Source: a virus
Taxonomy: Duplodnaviria; Caudoviricetes
DNA: 64,000 nt
Strand: one strand, 5' to 3'
Virus record (IMG/VR): IMGVR_UViG_3300031801_001562
The notes beneath the pieces were generated by a model. The model was not told the origin of the DNA. It made no database searches and was given only the letters and a program-made list of their open reading frames with translations. Of the stretch, positions 9,675 to 18,797 are shown one piece after another. Position numbers and translations under genes: made by a program. Positions within the stretch are counted from its first letter, which is position 1, and every line of letters starts with the position of its first letter.

Positions 9675-10413
9675 ATAATTTTTTAAATTCGTTTATAGAT
9701 ATTGTATCTATATTAGAAATTTCTTTATTAAAACACCATTCTTCCTGAACATGAATAAAGTCAACTTCAGGAAAGTGATCTGTAAATATTACTTCAAAAT
9801 TCTGAATCCATCCTTTTGCCTTGACCGGTAAAGCATAACTCGGAGCATAACAATAAGTATCTTTATATATATTATTTACTTTTCCATTATTTATGTTAAA
9901 ATCAAAACCCATTAAATAAACCTTTTCCGGTTTTTCATTCTCACAACATAACCAGGTTGCAAGAGGTCCTGAATCTAACAAAGGTATATGTTTTAAATCA
10001 TCTACTACGTTTATCTTATCTTCTTCTGATACCCATGTAAACCAATGACATGGCTTTTCCTCCAAATCCATTGTATGTGTATCATCATGAAAAACTCTAC
10101 TAATTTCTTGACCATAATAAGCAAATTTGAAACTGGTATTTTCATTCTCAATAACTTCAATGTCAGGTGATACTGTTGACCTTAAAACCGGATACATATC
10201 AGAATCCAGTAACTGAAAATTTCTAAACCAACATTGATGTAACTTAGGATAATCAGAAGTAACAAGTTCATGTAACATCTTATTATCTATGCATATAAGA
10301 TTAGTTGGAGGCCAATCTCTATACATCGCATTACAACCATATGTTATATGGTTTAATAATAAATCTAAATTAAAGTCTTTACGACTTTCACCGTTTCCTA
10401 TCACTACATACAT
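9670..10413 (-). CDS. MptE/Maf-like Rossmann-fold (sialyltransferase-like) protein
   Basis: VVIGNGESR...YGCNAMYRD...LICID and VYLMGFDF motifs. Confidence 0.55.
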   Translation of the reverse strand: MYVVIGNGESRKDFNLDLLLNHITYGCNAMYRDWPPTNLICIDNKMLHELVTSDYPKLHQCWFRNFQLLDSDMYPVLRSTVSPDIEVIENENTSFKFAYYGQEISRVFHDDTHTMDLEEKPCHWFTWVSEEDKINVVDDLKHIPLLDSGPLATWLCCENEKPEKVYLMGFDFNINNGKVNNIYKDTYCYAPSYALPVKAKGWIQNFEVIFTDHFPEVDFIHVQEEWCFNKEISNIDTISINEFKKLL

Positions 10414-10425
10414 AACTATATTTTA

Positions 10426-13308
10426 CTATACAGTCGGATTAACCCTAACTCCCAAAGGTTCTGCTGCTCTAGGTGATGCATATGAATAAGCATCTCCAAC
10501 CCTAGTAATTTGTCCTGCTTGAACCATATCATCTAAGAGTTTCTGCACAACTGTTGGACTACATCTTAATGTTCTAGCAATAGTTGAAGCAGAAGCGGGT
10601 TCATCGGAAACAGCAAATTCAGCGCCAACTGGTTCACCATCGATACTAGCATAAGAACTTCGAAACAATTCTAAAACTTGATCTTGTAACGAAGTATCTT
10701 CATTTGTTTCAGATATTTTGTTCTTAAATTTTCGAACAAATGCTACTCCTGTACTTTCTTTCATTTTCTCCTGTTCTGGTTCCATTTTTATTTTATTATT
10801 AATTTTACCATTTTCTTTTACTTTGGAATCACTTTCATCATCGTCTTTCTTTATTGCTTTAGAAATGGCTTTTCTTTTAGTGTGAATAAACTCATCAGAA
10901 TCATCCGTTTCACCGTCATTATCAATATCTGTATCTTTACGTTTATCAAATTTCTTTTTCAGAGCTTTGGGCTGGACTGCGTCTAATCCTTCGCCATCGT
11001 CATCTTTATCATTCTTATTAGTTTCTTTAGTTATTATCGGTTCTACAGATTGCCTCTTACCTAGAATTTCTTTGGCTTTTTCATAAGCTAATTTTTTAAT
11101 TTTTTCTTTAAAAATTCTACGTCTAGCATCGAGTCTTTCAGGTGATTGATCTTCAAAGTATTCAACCATTTGTCCGTCTGGGTCATAACTTCCGCCAAGT
11201 ATAGCTGAGCCAATCGCACCCATTACTTTTCCTTTTGTTGATGTCCGAACATCCTTTTTAAGACCAGGATCATCTTGTAACTTTGCTTGAGCTAGTCTCT
11301 TTCTAGCTCTTTCTTTGTTTTCCGCATCCATTCTTTTCTGTTGGGATTTGTCTGCATTTGCTCCAGTAGTGTTTCGTTGTTGATTGGCGCTAGTTTGAGT
11401 ATTCTTGGAAGTAGTAGTTTGGATTTGCGCCTTTTTCTTTTGATCTTTTACAGCTTTATTTGCGATTTTATCTGCATCAGATGTCACGGTCCGGACTCCG
11501 GCAGTTTTGGTTGGCTGCGCGCCGACAACTCTCTTTGCGACGTTCTTTATACCCGATCCAATCTTGCCTAAGGTTTTTTTCATTAGTCCGGGTTTTTGTT
11601 TAGATTTTAGTTCTACTGATCTCTCTTTTTCTTTCTCAATACCTGATAGAGTATCCGCGTGTGCCTGCGCTGCATCGTTTTTCGCAGTTCTTTTTTCGAG
11701 TTCGTTTCGAGCTCTACCAGATGCTGACATCCAATTCGGTAATTCTGCCAACACTTCCTCATCTTCTAATTGATTTACAAAAGTCGCGAATGAAGTTTGT
11801 TCATCTTCATTAAGAGAATTAAACATTTCGGTGACCTCGTCAATAACTCGTTCAGTTATATCTGAATCATCCGTAATCATTTGACCGCAAGCTTTTTCTA
11901 AATCTTCTAATTCACATTCATCTGCTAATTTTTGAACTTCGGGTGAAGGAGCATCAATTGTTCCCATTTTAGTAGCATAAGCAAGAGAAACTAATCTGCG
12001 CTCTGTATTTTTAATTAACCTCTCACCAATTTCTCCCCATGTTAATTCATGATATTTTTTATACATTCCTTCAAGAATAAATTTATGAGAAGGAACTTCG
12101 CATGTATCATATCCCTCTGTTTTCATTTTTTTCATAACCGAATTAGCAACTTTTTGGTCGGTCATTAGTACCATCAAAACACTTTGTCGTGCTTCTTCTG
12201 ACATCTTATCTAGATAAGGTGCTAATTTATCATAATCTTTTTTAGATACTAACGAAGCGGCACCTTCGATTGAAAGTCTATCTTTTCCTCTAACAGCTCT
12301 GGCTAATTCTTTAATTTGTTTAGCTATTCCTTTTGATGTAGGAAGTTCCTTTGATTCTGTTTCCATTCCTTGATCACACCATCCACAATGTTCTTCGATA
12401 TCATGATAATTATTAAATACCTTTTTAGCCCATTCCATATTTGTTACTGTATCTTGTTTCTTGGAAAAATCAGGCTCTTCTATTCCTTTAACCCTCTTCT
12501 TCAAATTGTCATCTCTGTAATCTTTTTTATTCAAACTTTTTTTCTGCTTCAGTCTTTTTTCATCAACTGGCATCCAACTTTCCCTTTTGTCTTTTAGTTT
12601 CTGGGCTGGCGTCTTATATCCCTTAGCCATTGCTCCTAATGCGCTATCACCTACAGGATCTTTATCTTCATCTTCTTTTCTTTTTTCATCTTCTTTTCTT
12701 TTATTATTATACATATCAACGCCTTTACCTACTGCATCCTCATTTTTTTTAGCGTACCAGTCGTCCTTTCTCCTCTCTTGGTCACTTTTTGGAGCCGTAA
12801 ATGGAACTTTTTTCTTTACAGGTGCTTTTTTGTGCATTTGAGGATTTGCTTTTTTGTGATCTGCATAAGCATCATCTCCTTTATACCAGGCAGCCCGGAC
12901 ATCATCTTGATAATCTTCCGATTGTTGCTTTTCCCTCTGGGCTTGTGCCTGATCGGATGTTGGCCCAGCGATAGAGACTTTCCTTACTCCGCCTTGCTGA
13001 GTTTGAAGTTGTTTTTTCTTTGATGCTTCAGCTGCTTTTGCTCGTGCTATAGCAGGATCCATTGCCATTGCTTCAGCTGCCTCTATAGCCTTAGTAATTG
13101 CTTTTCTTTTCTTATGTAGAAACTTATCAGAATTGTCTTCATCTCCATCTTTGTCTATATCAACATGATCGTCATCTGAACGATCTTTCCAATCCTGTTT
13201 AACTGCATCTTTGTCCACAGGAGCGAGTTTTTTCTCTCTAATCATTCTAACATCTTCAGCGGTTACCGCGGTCCAATTCGCGGGATAATATTTTGACCAG
13301 TCCATCAT
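10426..13308 (-). CDS. Large Lys/Glu-rich putative internal head protein with C-terminal winged-helix-like segment
   Basis: 960 aa, low complexity, two DxDxDG...SD.F.H.KRKAI.KAI repeats; last gene of a translationally coupled late operon. Confidence 0.6.
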   Translation of the reverse strand: MMDWSKYYPANWTAVTAEDVRMIREKKLAPVDKDAVKQDWKDRSDDDHVDIDKDGDEDNSDKFLHKKRKAITKAIEAAEAMAMDPAIARAKAAEASKKKQLQTQQGGVRKVSIAGPTSDQAQAQREKQQSEDYQDDVRAAWYKGDDAYADHKKANPQMHKKAPVKKKVPFTAPKSDQERRKDDWYAKKNEDAVGKGVDMYNNKRKEDEKRKEDEDKDPVGDSALGAMAKGYKTPAQKLKDKRESWMPVDEKRLKQKKSLNKKDYRDDNLKKRVKGIEEPDFSKKQDTVTNMEWAKKVFNNYHDIEEHCGWCDQGMETESKELPTSKGIAKQIKELARAVRGKDRLSIEGAASLVSKKDYDKLAPYLDKMSEEARQSVLMVLMTDQKVANSVMKKMKTEGYDTCEVPSHKFILEGMYKKYHELTWGEIGERLIKNTERRLVSLAYATKMGTIDAPSPEVQKLADECELEDLEKACGQMITDDSDITERVIDEVTEMFNSLNEDEQTSFATFVNQLEDEEVLAELPNWMSASGRARNELEKRTAKNDAAQAHADTLSGIEKEKERSVELKSKQKPGLMKKTLGKIGSGIKNVAKRVVGAQPTKTAGVRTVTSDADKIANKAVKDQKKKAQIQTTTSKNTQTSANQQRNTTGANADKSQQKRMDAENKERARKRLAQAKLQDDPGLKKDVRTSTKGKVMGAIGSAILGGSYDPDGQMVEYFEDQSPERLDARRRIFKEKIKKLAYEKAKEILGKRQSVEPIITKETNKNDKDDDGEGLDAVQPKALKKKFDKRKDTDIDNDGETDDSDEFIHTKRKAISKAIKKDDDESDSKVKENGKINNKIKMEPEQEKMKESTGVAFVRKFKNKISETNEDTSLQDQVLELFRSSYASIDGEPVGAEFAVSDEPASASTIARTLRCSPTVVQKLLDDMVQAGQITRVGDAYSYASPRAAEPLGVRVNPTV

Positions 13309-14699
13309 TTGCTCCTACTTGCAATTATTTTCGAAAGAATTTTATTATGTCTTTCTGTTTGATTTAATCTTTTTTTATCTTGTTCGAGTTTAAACTCCTC
13401 TTCGGGAGTCAAATTCACAATATATTGTCTATATTTATCTGTTCCTAATTCTAACTGTCTACCTTCGGATGCACGATTCTTATTCCATTCTTTTAAACCG
13501 AGAATTTTTTGCAATTTATTACTAACAGGGACTTCGAAATCTACTTTATCTACAGAAAGATTATCTACCATTTCATGTAAATATGTGAAATCTGTCTTAT
13601 TAAAATCAACCATTCCAGACTGTTCATCTAATATTGTTATATAATCAGTTGTCTTTTTAATAAGTCCTCTTAATTTTGAAAGTTCCCAAAGTTTTACTTT
13701 TTCCGTTATTAATTCATAAGTTCCAAAAAATTCTTGGCATTCTTTTAAACATCCTTTAATATAAGCTATTTCTTGAGTATGATATGGTAAAGTTTTTATA
13801 TATTCAAATATTTTAGTAGCTCTCTTATCTACACAAAATATTTCTCCTTCAAATTCAACATTCTCCATCCATAAACTCTCTTTAACATCATCATCGGGCA
13901 TGGGTGGATAATTCACTGGACGCATTTTTGGCATATGAGTAGAAATAAAACTATCCGCAGCTTTTTTTTGTTGTTTTGGGTTTTTTCCCTTAGGCTTCTG
14001 CATCACAGCTTTACTCGGTCGTATTTTGCTTATATCAAGCACTTCCGTAGTACTGAGTTTTTCTTTTATTTGCTTTTCCATTACACTAAGTTTCATTTGT
14101 TTTCTTAATAATTGATATAGACTTCTTTTGTCTCTTTCACTTAAAGTATCGGGTAAACCCGTCTTAAATGCATCGAAATCGCTATCTACAGCAAGAGATC
14201 TTAATTTAGATGCAGACATACCGGCAGCATCATCCGCGTCTGGATCTCTTTCCCCAGCACTTTCTATATCTATATTTTTAAAATCATAAAAGCCATGTGG
14301 CTTATCTTCAACGCCATTATATTGAGACAAGAGCTTTTTAAATTCATTTATCCTATCACTTCCAACAACCATAATGATTTGTTCATATCCCTCATCATGT
14401 AATAATGAAGCAGCTCTCATAACATCATTAGGTTGATCTTTGGAATATTTGAAAATGTCTTGTCCTCTTGGTTTAAACATTTTCTTCATCCATTTGACTT
14501 TATTTTTATAATCTAATGGATTTTTTTTCGAATCTTGAGAAGAACTTAAAAAAACAAAAGCGTCAGCCCGATTTCGTTTAGCCACAGTTTCAATTTTATT
14601 AACCAAAACTTCATGTCCAATCGTAGGGGGATTGAATCGACCAAATGTAAATACAGCAGTTTTTAATGTTCCTTCACGTAATTCAGAAAATGATGTCAT
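13305..14699 (-). CDS. HIGH-superfamily nucleotidyltransferase (cytidyltransferase-like)
   Basis: AVFTFGRFNPPTIGH, KNPL, MVVGSDR, GMSASKLR; CTS-like start MTSFSELRE. Confidence 0.8.
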   Translation of the reverse strand: MTSFSELREGTLKTAVFTFGRFNPPTIGHEVLVNKIETVAKRNRADAFVFLSSSQDSKKNPLDYKNKVKWMKKMFKPRGQDIFKYSKDQPNDVMRAASLLHDEGYEQIIMVVGSDRINEFKKLLSQYNGVEDKPHGFYDFKNIDIESAGERDPDADDAAGMSASKLRSLAVDSDFDAFKTGLPDTLSERDKRSLYQLLRKQMKLSVMEKQIKEKLSTTEVLDISKIRPSKAVMQKPKGKNPKQQKKAADSFISTHMPKMRPVNYPPMPDDDVKESLWMENVEFEGEIFCVDKRATKIFEYIKTLPYHTQEIAYIKGCLKECQEFFGTYELITEKVKLWELSKLRGLIKKTTDYITILDEQSGMVDFNKTDFTYLHEMVDNLSVDKVDFEVPVSNKLQKILGLKEWNKNRASEGRQLELGTDKYRQYIVNLTPEEEFKLEQDKKRLNQTERHNKILSKIIASRSK

Positions 14700-14938
14700 T
14701 TATCCTCTTCTCCGGGTTTGACAATTTTGTTCGGAGTTCTATTACTAGTAATCATTGACGCATAAGTATCTTGAACAGATTTGTTCGCGCTCTGTTCTGA
14801 CATGTCCCGAATTTGTTCTTTAGTATATTTAAACCCTTTAGACTTTTTATCTACAATTCTTTTTACAGAATTTGCTAGATCACTATAATCTTCACCTGAA
14901 AAGGGGCTATCACCGAAATAATTATGTTTATCTGCCAT
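14696..14938 (-). CDS. Hypothetical protein
   Basis: 80-aa ORF with GGAG RBS; overlaps the start of the next gene. Confidence 0.55.
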   Translation of the reverse strand: MADKHNYFGDSPFSGEDYSDLANSVKRIVDKKSKGFKYTKEQIRDMSEQSANKSVQDTYASMITSNRTPNKIVKPGEEDK

Positions 14939-14980
14939 TATATTCTCCTATTGTTGTAATTAAAGGTTTTCATTTATCTT

Positions 14981-15235
14981 CTACCAGCTGTCGCGATCTA
15001 TCCTTGCATCTGAAAATTCTTCTATCGCATCAAAAAAACCTTGCATCATATAAGGTAATTTGGGTTGCCTTCTACCAAACTTTTCCATATAATCTTCAAA
15101 TACTTGAGCCAATTTATTTTTAGCTCTATTTGGTGCTGCATCAATACAATCACCGAGGGCTTTAATCAATTTATCAGAATCCTTAGATTCATTCAGTGCT
15201 GTTTCTTTTACAAAAATAGGTCTCATTGGTCCCAC
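14981..15235 (-). CDS. Hypothetical protein
   Basis: 84-aa ORF within the late operon. Confidence 0.55.
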   Translation of the reverse strand: MGPMRPIFVKETALNESKDSDKLIKALGDCIDAAPNRAKNKLAQVFEDYMEKFGRRQPKLPYMMQGFFDAIEEFSDARIDRDSW

Positions 15236-16455
15236 TCCTTTTCTGCGGTGAAATTTATTCTACTAAATTCCATCCTGTTAACTAATTTTAAACCTTTTTG
15301 ATTATCAAAGGTATCAATGGCAACAAAACCTTCCGGCTTAGTCACTCTATACCCTGAAGAAGTTTTTATAAAAGTATTAGTTATTCCTTTTACTTCTTCT
15401 AATTTTTTAACTATAAAAAGTTTTATATTGTTTATTAATGACATTAATCGAAATATGATCTCTATTTGATCCATAGAACCATTTAAAGTTTTCATATATC
15501 CATCAACAGTCATTTGTTTTCTTTGTCTACCTCTTTCAGACTTTAACTTCCCAACTTCTTTCTGCATTTTATTCTCAATCCACTTAACACAATCCTTTGC
15601 TGATCTTTTATAGTTATCAACAAATTCACCTTCTCTAACTTTTGTGTTCATGAATGTTTTAATGTGCGTTCTAATAATATTATCTTTTGATATATTATCT
15701 AAAAATCTTCCATTAACTTTATTAAAATCTTTTCCTAATTCAGAAAGCATTCCGGTTACTTTAGTGGTATCTGATTGAGTAAATGTTGCTGAACCACTTA
15801 AATCAGTAAAATCAGCATTTACTGCCCACACATCTCTATGAGAAGACCATAGATTTATATCTGCCCCAAATTCTGCTCTAAGATCGTTTAAATCGTCGGC
15901 ACCAGTTGTTCTATATGTTGTATGAAAAACAATCCCAACTTTAGCAGCAATAATTTTTTTAGCTAATTCAGTATTTAATGGAACAGCATATGTTATAGTA
16001 TTAGGTGTAAAAGTAACATACTTTTCTTTATCAATTGTTTTAATTTTTTTATCTTTATTATCTGTCCAAAGAACATCTCCATGGAATATATTTCCTGGTA
16101 TATTTAATTTGGGCAAATGTTCTAAAAGAGCAGACATTTTTGGATGTAAAGGTCCGCCACCAAAATGTTCATCTACGTCTGATTGTGTAAAACAAGGTTT
16201 CCTCATTGATTTATAATCAACGAAAAATTTTCCATTAGGATGAATTCCTGCTACCGCTGCTGGTGCACCATCCCATTTAACTGTAACATTAACAGCTTCT
16301 TTATTATTACCTGCTAACATATCTCTTAAAGATCTTAAAAAATTAATAGCACCTCTAGTACCATTAACTCCTCCATTCAACACCTCATCTTCGAGATGTT
16401 CCATATGGAGATTCTTACCTGAAGCTTCTATAAGAAATTGTTTGTAAGATTTCAT
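15223..16455 (-). CDS. ATP-dependent ligase-fold protein (DUF6267-like, RNA-ligase-like)
   Basis: VKWDG (motif I KxDG), FHGDVLW (III), PEGFVA (IV), LKLVNR (V); start MKSYKQFLIE at ATG 16455 overlaps the upstream stop. Confidence 0.65.
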   Translation of the reverse strand: MKSYKQFLIEASGKNLHMEHLEDEVLNGGVNGTRGAINFLRSLRDMLAGNNKEAVNVTVKWDGAPAAVAGIHPNGKFFVDYKSMRKPCFTQSDVDEHFGGGPLHPKMSALLEHLPKLNIPGNIFHGDVLWTDNKDKKIKTIDKEKYVTFTPNTITYAVPLNTELAKKIIAAKVGIVFHTTYRTTGADDLNDLRAEFGADINLWSSHRDVWAVNADFTDLSGSATFTQSDTTKVTGMLSELGKDFNKVNGRFLDNISKDNIIRTHIKTFMNTKVREGEFVDNYKRSAKDCVKWIENKMQKEVGKLKSERGRQRKQMTVDGYMKTLNGSMDQIEIIFRLMSLINNIKLFIVKKLEEVKGITNTFIKTSSGYRVTKPEGFVAIDTFDNQKGLKLVNRMEFSRINFTAEKEWDQ

Positions 16456-17921
16456 AAAGTTTTTGCCCACTTCTTAAAAGCTATACCAAATGTTATATCT
16501 TTTCTATCTCTCATACCTAAATCTTTCTTATGAGCGAAGTATCTTTTTAAACCCTCTTTGGTTTGTGTTTTAATAAGGTCTAGATTTTTAAGAACTTTTA
16601 CTGCAGTATTAATAGATTCTAATCCTAAGGTTTTTCTATGTTTAACAGTAAAATTCTTTTTAGGCATATTTTTAATTGCATGGTCTAAAGCGCTTCTTAA
16701 ATCTTTAAGTTCTTCAATTTTTTCTACATCGCCTGGAACATCTGTTGATATTGGTTGTGCTTGAAATGGTTGTGCTATAATTCTAGTAGAAGCTCCACCT
16801 TCTTTCTGGCCACCACCTGCCCACATTAAATGCCAATCTGAGTCCCAATTATTTCTATTTTTAAAGAAGTGCGCATGTCCGTCAAACGAGATAGTAGCAC
16901 CTGATTTTTTATTAAATAAAGTCACCCAATCAAAACCGTGCGCTTCATATTGTTGATAAGCTGCTGCACACCAATTTTGTAAAAAGATATTTGGATTAGT
17001 GAAACCATCTTTAACGACTTTATTAAATTTATAAGAGGTGGTAATTCCCATACAAGCATCACATACATCTGTATATAATTTCTCACATGCTTTATCTGCT
17101 TGAAATTGTGTTCCACCATGTTTAGCTTTATATAATTCTGTAAACAACTTACTAGCATCAGATAAAGCTTTAGGCATCCTGGCTTTGCCATTTCTTAACA
17201 TGAGATCATCAAGATCTTTTTCTTTTAAAACTTTTCCTAAATCCTTAAACGCATCTTTAAAAACTTCTTTGCCAATATTAAACTGTGAACTTGTTCCTAA
17301 ATGGCCCCCATCTGACTTCATTTCAATATTAAGACCTCTTCCTAGATAAGCATCACCTTTATCTTCTGCATCACCTTTCATGCCAGTATCTGTTGCTAAA
17401 ATAAAAAGTAATTCTCCGGGGCCAATATTTGCATTATGTACTTTTGGTGTCCAATTCACTAGTTCGGAATACATCTTACTCATAATCGGATATGCTGAGG
17501 TAATATAATTCATTGCATTAGCAACCTTACCACTACTACCTTTTACTAAGCCTTTAGCATCAAAAGATTTACCGTCTAAAAACTCTTTTAAAAAGTCAAA
17601 CTGTTGTTCAACGTTTTCACCATATTTGTTTATAAATGCAATAACACCTCGTGTAACTTCATCTCGGCCCATTAAGATTTTCTTTTTATCACATGCTTCA
17701 TGAATCATTTTTTCCATTACAGGAACGGCCATGGCATTTATAGCCTTTAATAGATCTTCATCATTATCTATTTCATCTATCATATTCAAAACTTTGGATT
17801 TAAGTCTAGCATTAACTGCTTCATTAATCCAATCTTTCATATCACCTTTTTTTCGCTCTTTTTCGCTCATAATGCGATCTAGTATATGTTCGCCAATAAT
17901 ATGAGCTTTGAATGTTTTCAA
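16452..17921 (-). CDS. PD-(D/E)xK nuclease-like protein
   Basis: GPGELLF...KGDAYLGRGLNIEMKS fits the D...ExK core; start placed at TTG 17921 (TTGA overlap), giving MKTFKAHIIGE. Confidence 0.5.
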   Translation of the reverse strand: MKTFKAHIIGEHILDRIMSEKERKKGDMKDWINEAVNARLKSKVLNMIDEIDNDEDLLKAINAMAVPVMEKMIHEACDKKKILMGRDEVTRGVIAFINKYGENVEQQFDFLKEFLDGKSFDAKGLVKGSSGKVANAMNYITSAYPIMSKMYSELVNWTPKVHNANIGPGELLFILATDTGMKGDAEDKGDAYLGRGLNIEMKSDGGHLGTSSQFNIGKEVFKDAFKDLGKVLKEKDLDDLMLRNGKARMPKALSDASKLFTELYKAKHGGTQFQADKACEKLYTDVCDACMGITTSYKFNKVVKDGFTNPNIFLQNWCAAAYQQYEAHGFDWVTLFNKKSGATISFDGHAHFFKNRNNWDSDWHLMWAGGGQKEGGASTRIIAQPFQAQPISTDVPGDVEKIEELKDLRSALDHAIKNMPKKNFTVKHRKTLGLESINTAVKVLKNLDLIKTQTKEGLKRYFAHKKDLGMRDRKDITFGIAFKKWAKTL

Positions 17922-18160
17922 AGGGATTTCCCTTCCCAGGAACCCTTTGCCCATTTATCCATAGTCTTCTGAATATCTTTGGCTAAGGCTTTAACAGACT
18001 TGGCATCGGCACTATCCATTTCAGCTGCATTACGAGCCCATCTCGCTATTCTATTTGCACGCGAAGCAACTTCTTCCATACTTTTCACTGCCAATTTACT
18101 TATGGCTGCTTCCTCTAGAACTTCCTTAGCTGCGTCGTGTAGATCTTGTATTTTTTCCAT
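17918..18160 (-). CDS. Hypothetical protein, first gene of the late operon
   Basis: GAGGGG RBS; AATAAATA late-promoter variant 30 nt upstream. Confidence 0.6.
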   Translation of the reverse strand: MEKIQDLHDAAKEVLEEAAISKLAVKSMEEVASRANRIARWARNAAEMDSADAKSVKALAKDIQKTMDKWAKGSWEGKSL

Positions 18161-18188
18161 GGTTTCCCCTCAAAATAGTTTTATAATC

Positions 18189-18797
18189 TTATTTATTGTT
18201 TTTAAGATATCCGAATTTCTTTTCGGTAAGTTGTAAGAATTGTTTAAAAATATTTTGTTCTTTTATTTTAGAATATCTCATAAATGCTTCACAACTTGTT
18301 TTTGGTTTAGCATAAAGATACATATCAAAGGCGAGTTCAGAACTATACGCATCTATTTCAAATGGGTTTGAAAAATAATCATCATATTTGTTTTGTTGAT
18401 CATCAAATTGTAAAGAATGAGTTAATTCGTGAATGTAGGTGAGAGTGAATTGTTGTTTATATTTTTCCCAAACGGATTCAGGAATAAATAATTGTTGTGT
18501 ATATAGTTCTGGTGATAAATTAATTGTTATTTCTAATTCAGATTCTGAAAAATGTTCTTCAGGAACATTAGCAGCTCCATCGAAAGTCATTTCATATAAG
18601 GCATGATCCATATCTTTTCGTATATTAACATAACAAGAAAATCCTAGTTCATCTTCTAATATTTCTTCTGTTCTATTAGCACATTCATGCCAGAGTTTAA
18701 TATAGCGATTTGTTTTTGTATTATAAGAATTTTTAAATTCCTTAAAAGCTTGATCTATACAACCCAATGAATTTTTAACAAAATCTAAATCATTCAT
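18189..18797 (-). CDS. Putative zincin metallopeptidase
   Basis: YIHELTHSLQ (HExxH) followed by YFSNPFEIDAY; start placed at ATG 18797. Confidence 0.6.
   Translation of the reverse strand: MNDLDFVKNSLGCIDQAFKEFKNSYNTKTNRYIKLWHECANRTEEILEDELGFSCYVNIRKDMDHALYEMTFDGAANVPEEHFSESELEITINLSPELYTQQLFIPESVWEKYKQQFTLTYIHELTHSLQFDDQQNKYDDYFSNPFEIDAYSSELAFDMYLYAKPKTSCEAFMRYSKIKEQNIFKQFLQLTEKKFGYLKNNK
18190..18197 (-). promoter_or_regulatory. Late promoter variant (AATAAATA)
   Basis: One mismatch to TATAAATA; sits at the head of the 18160-10426 operon. Confidence 0.5.
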
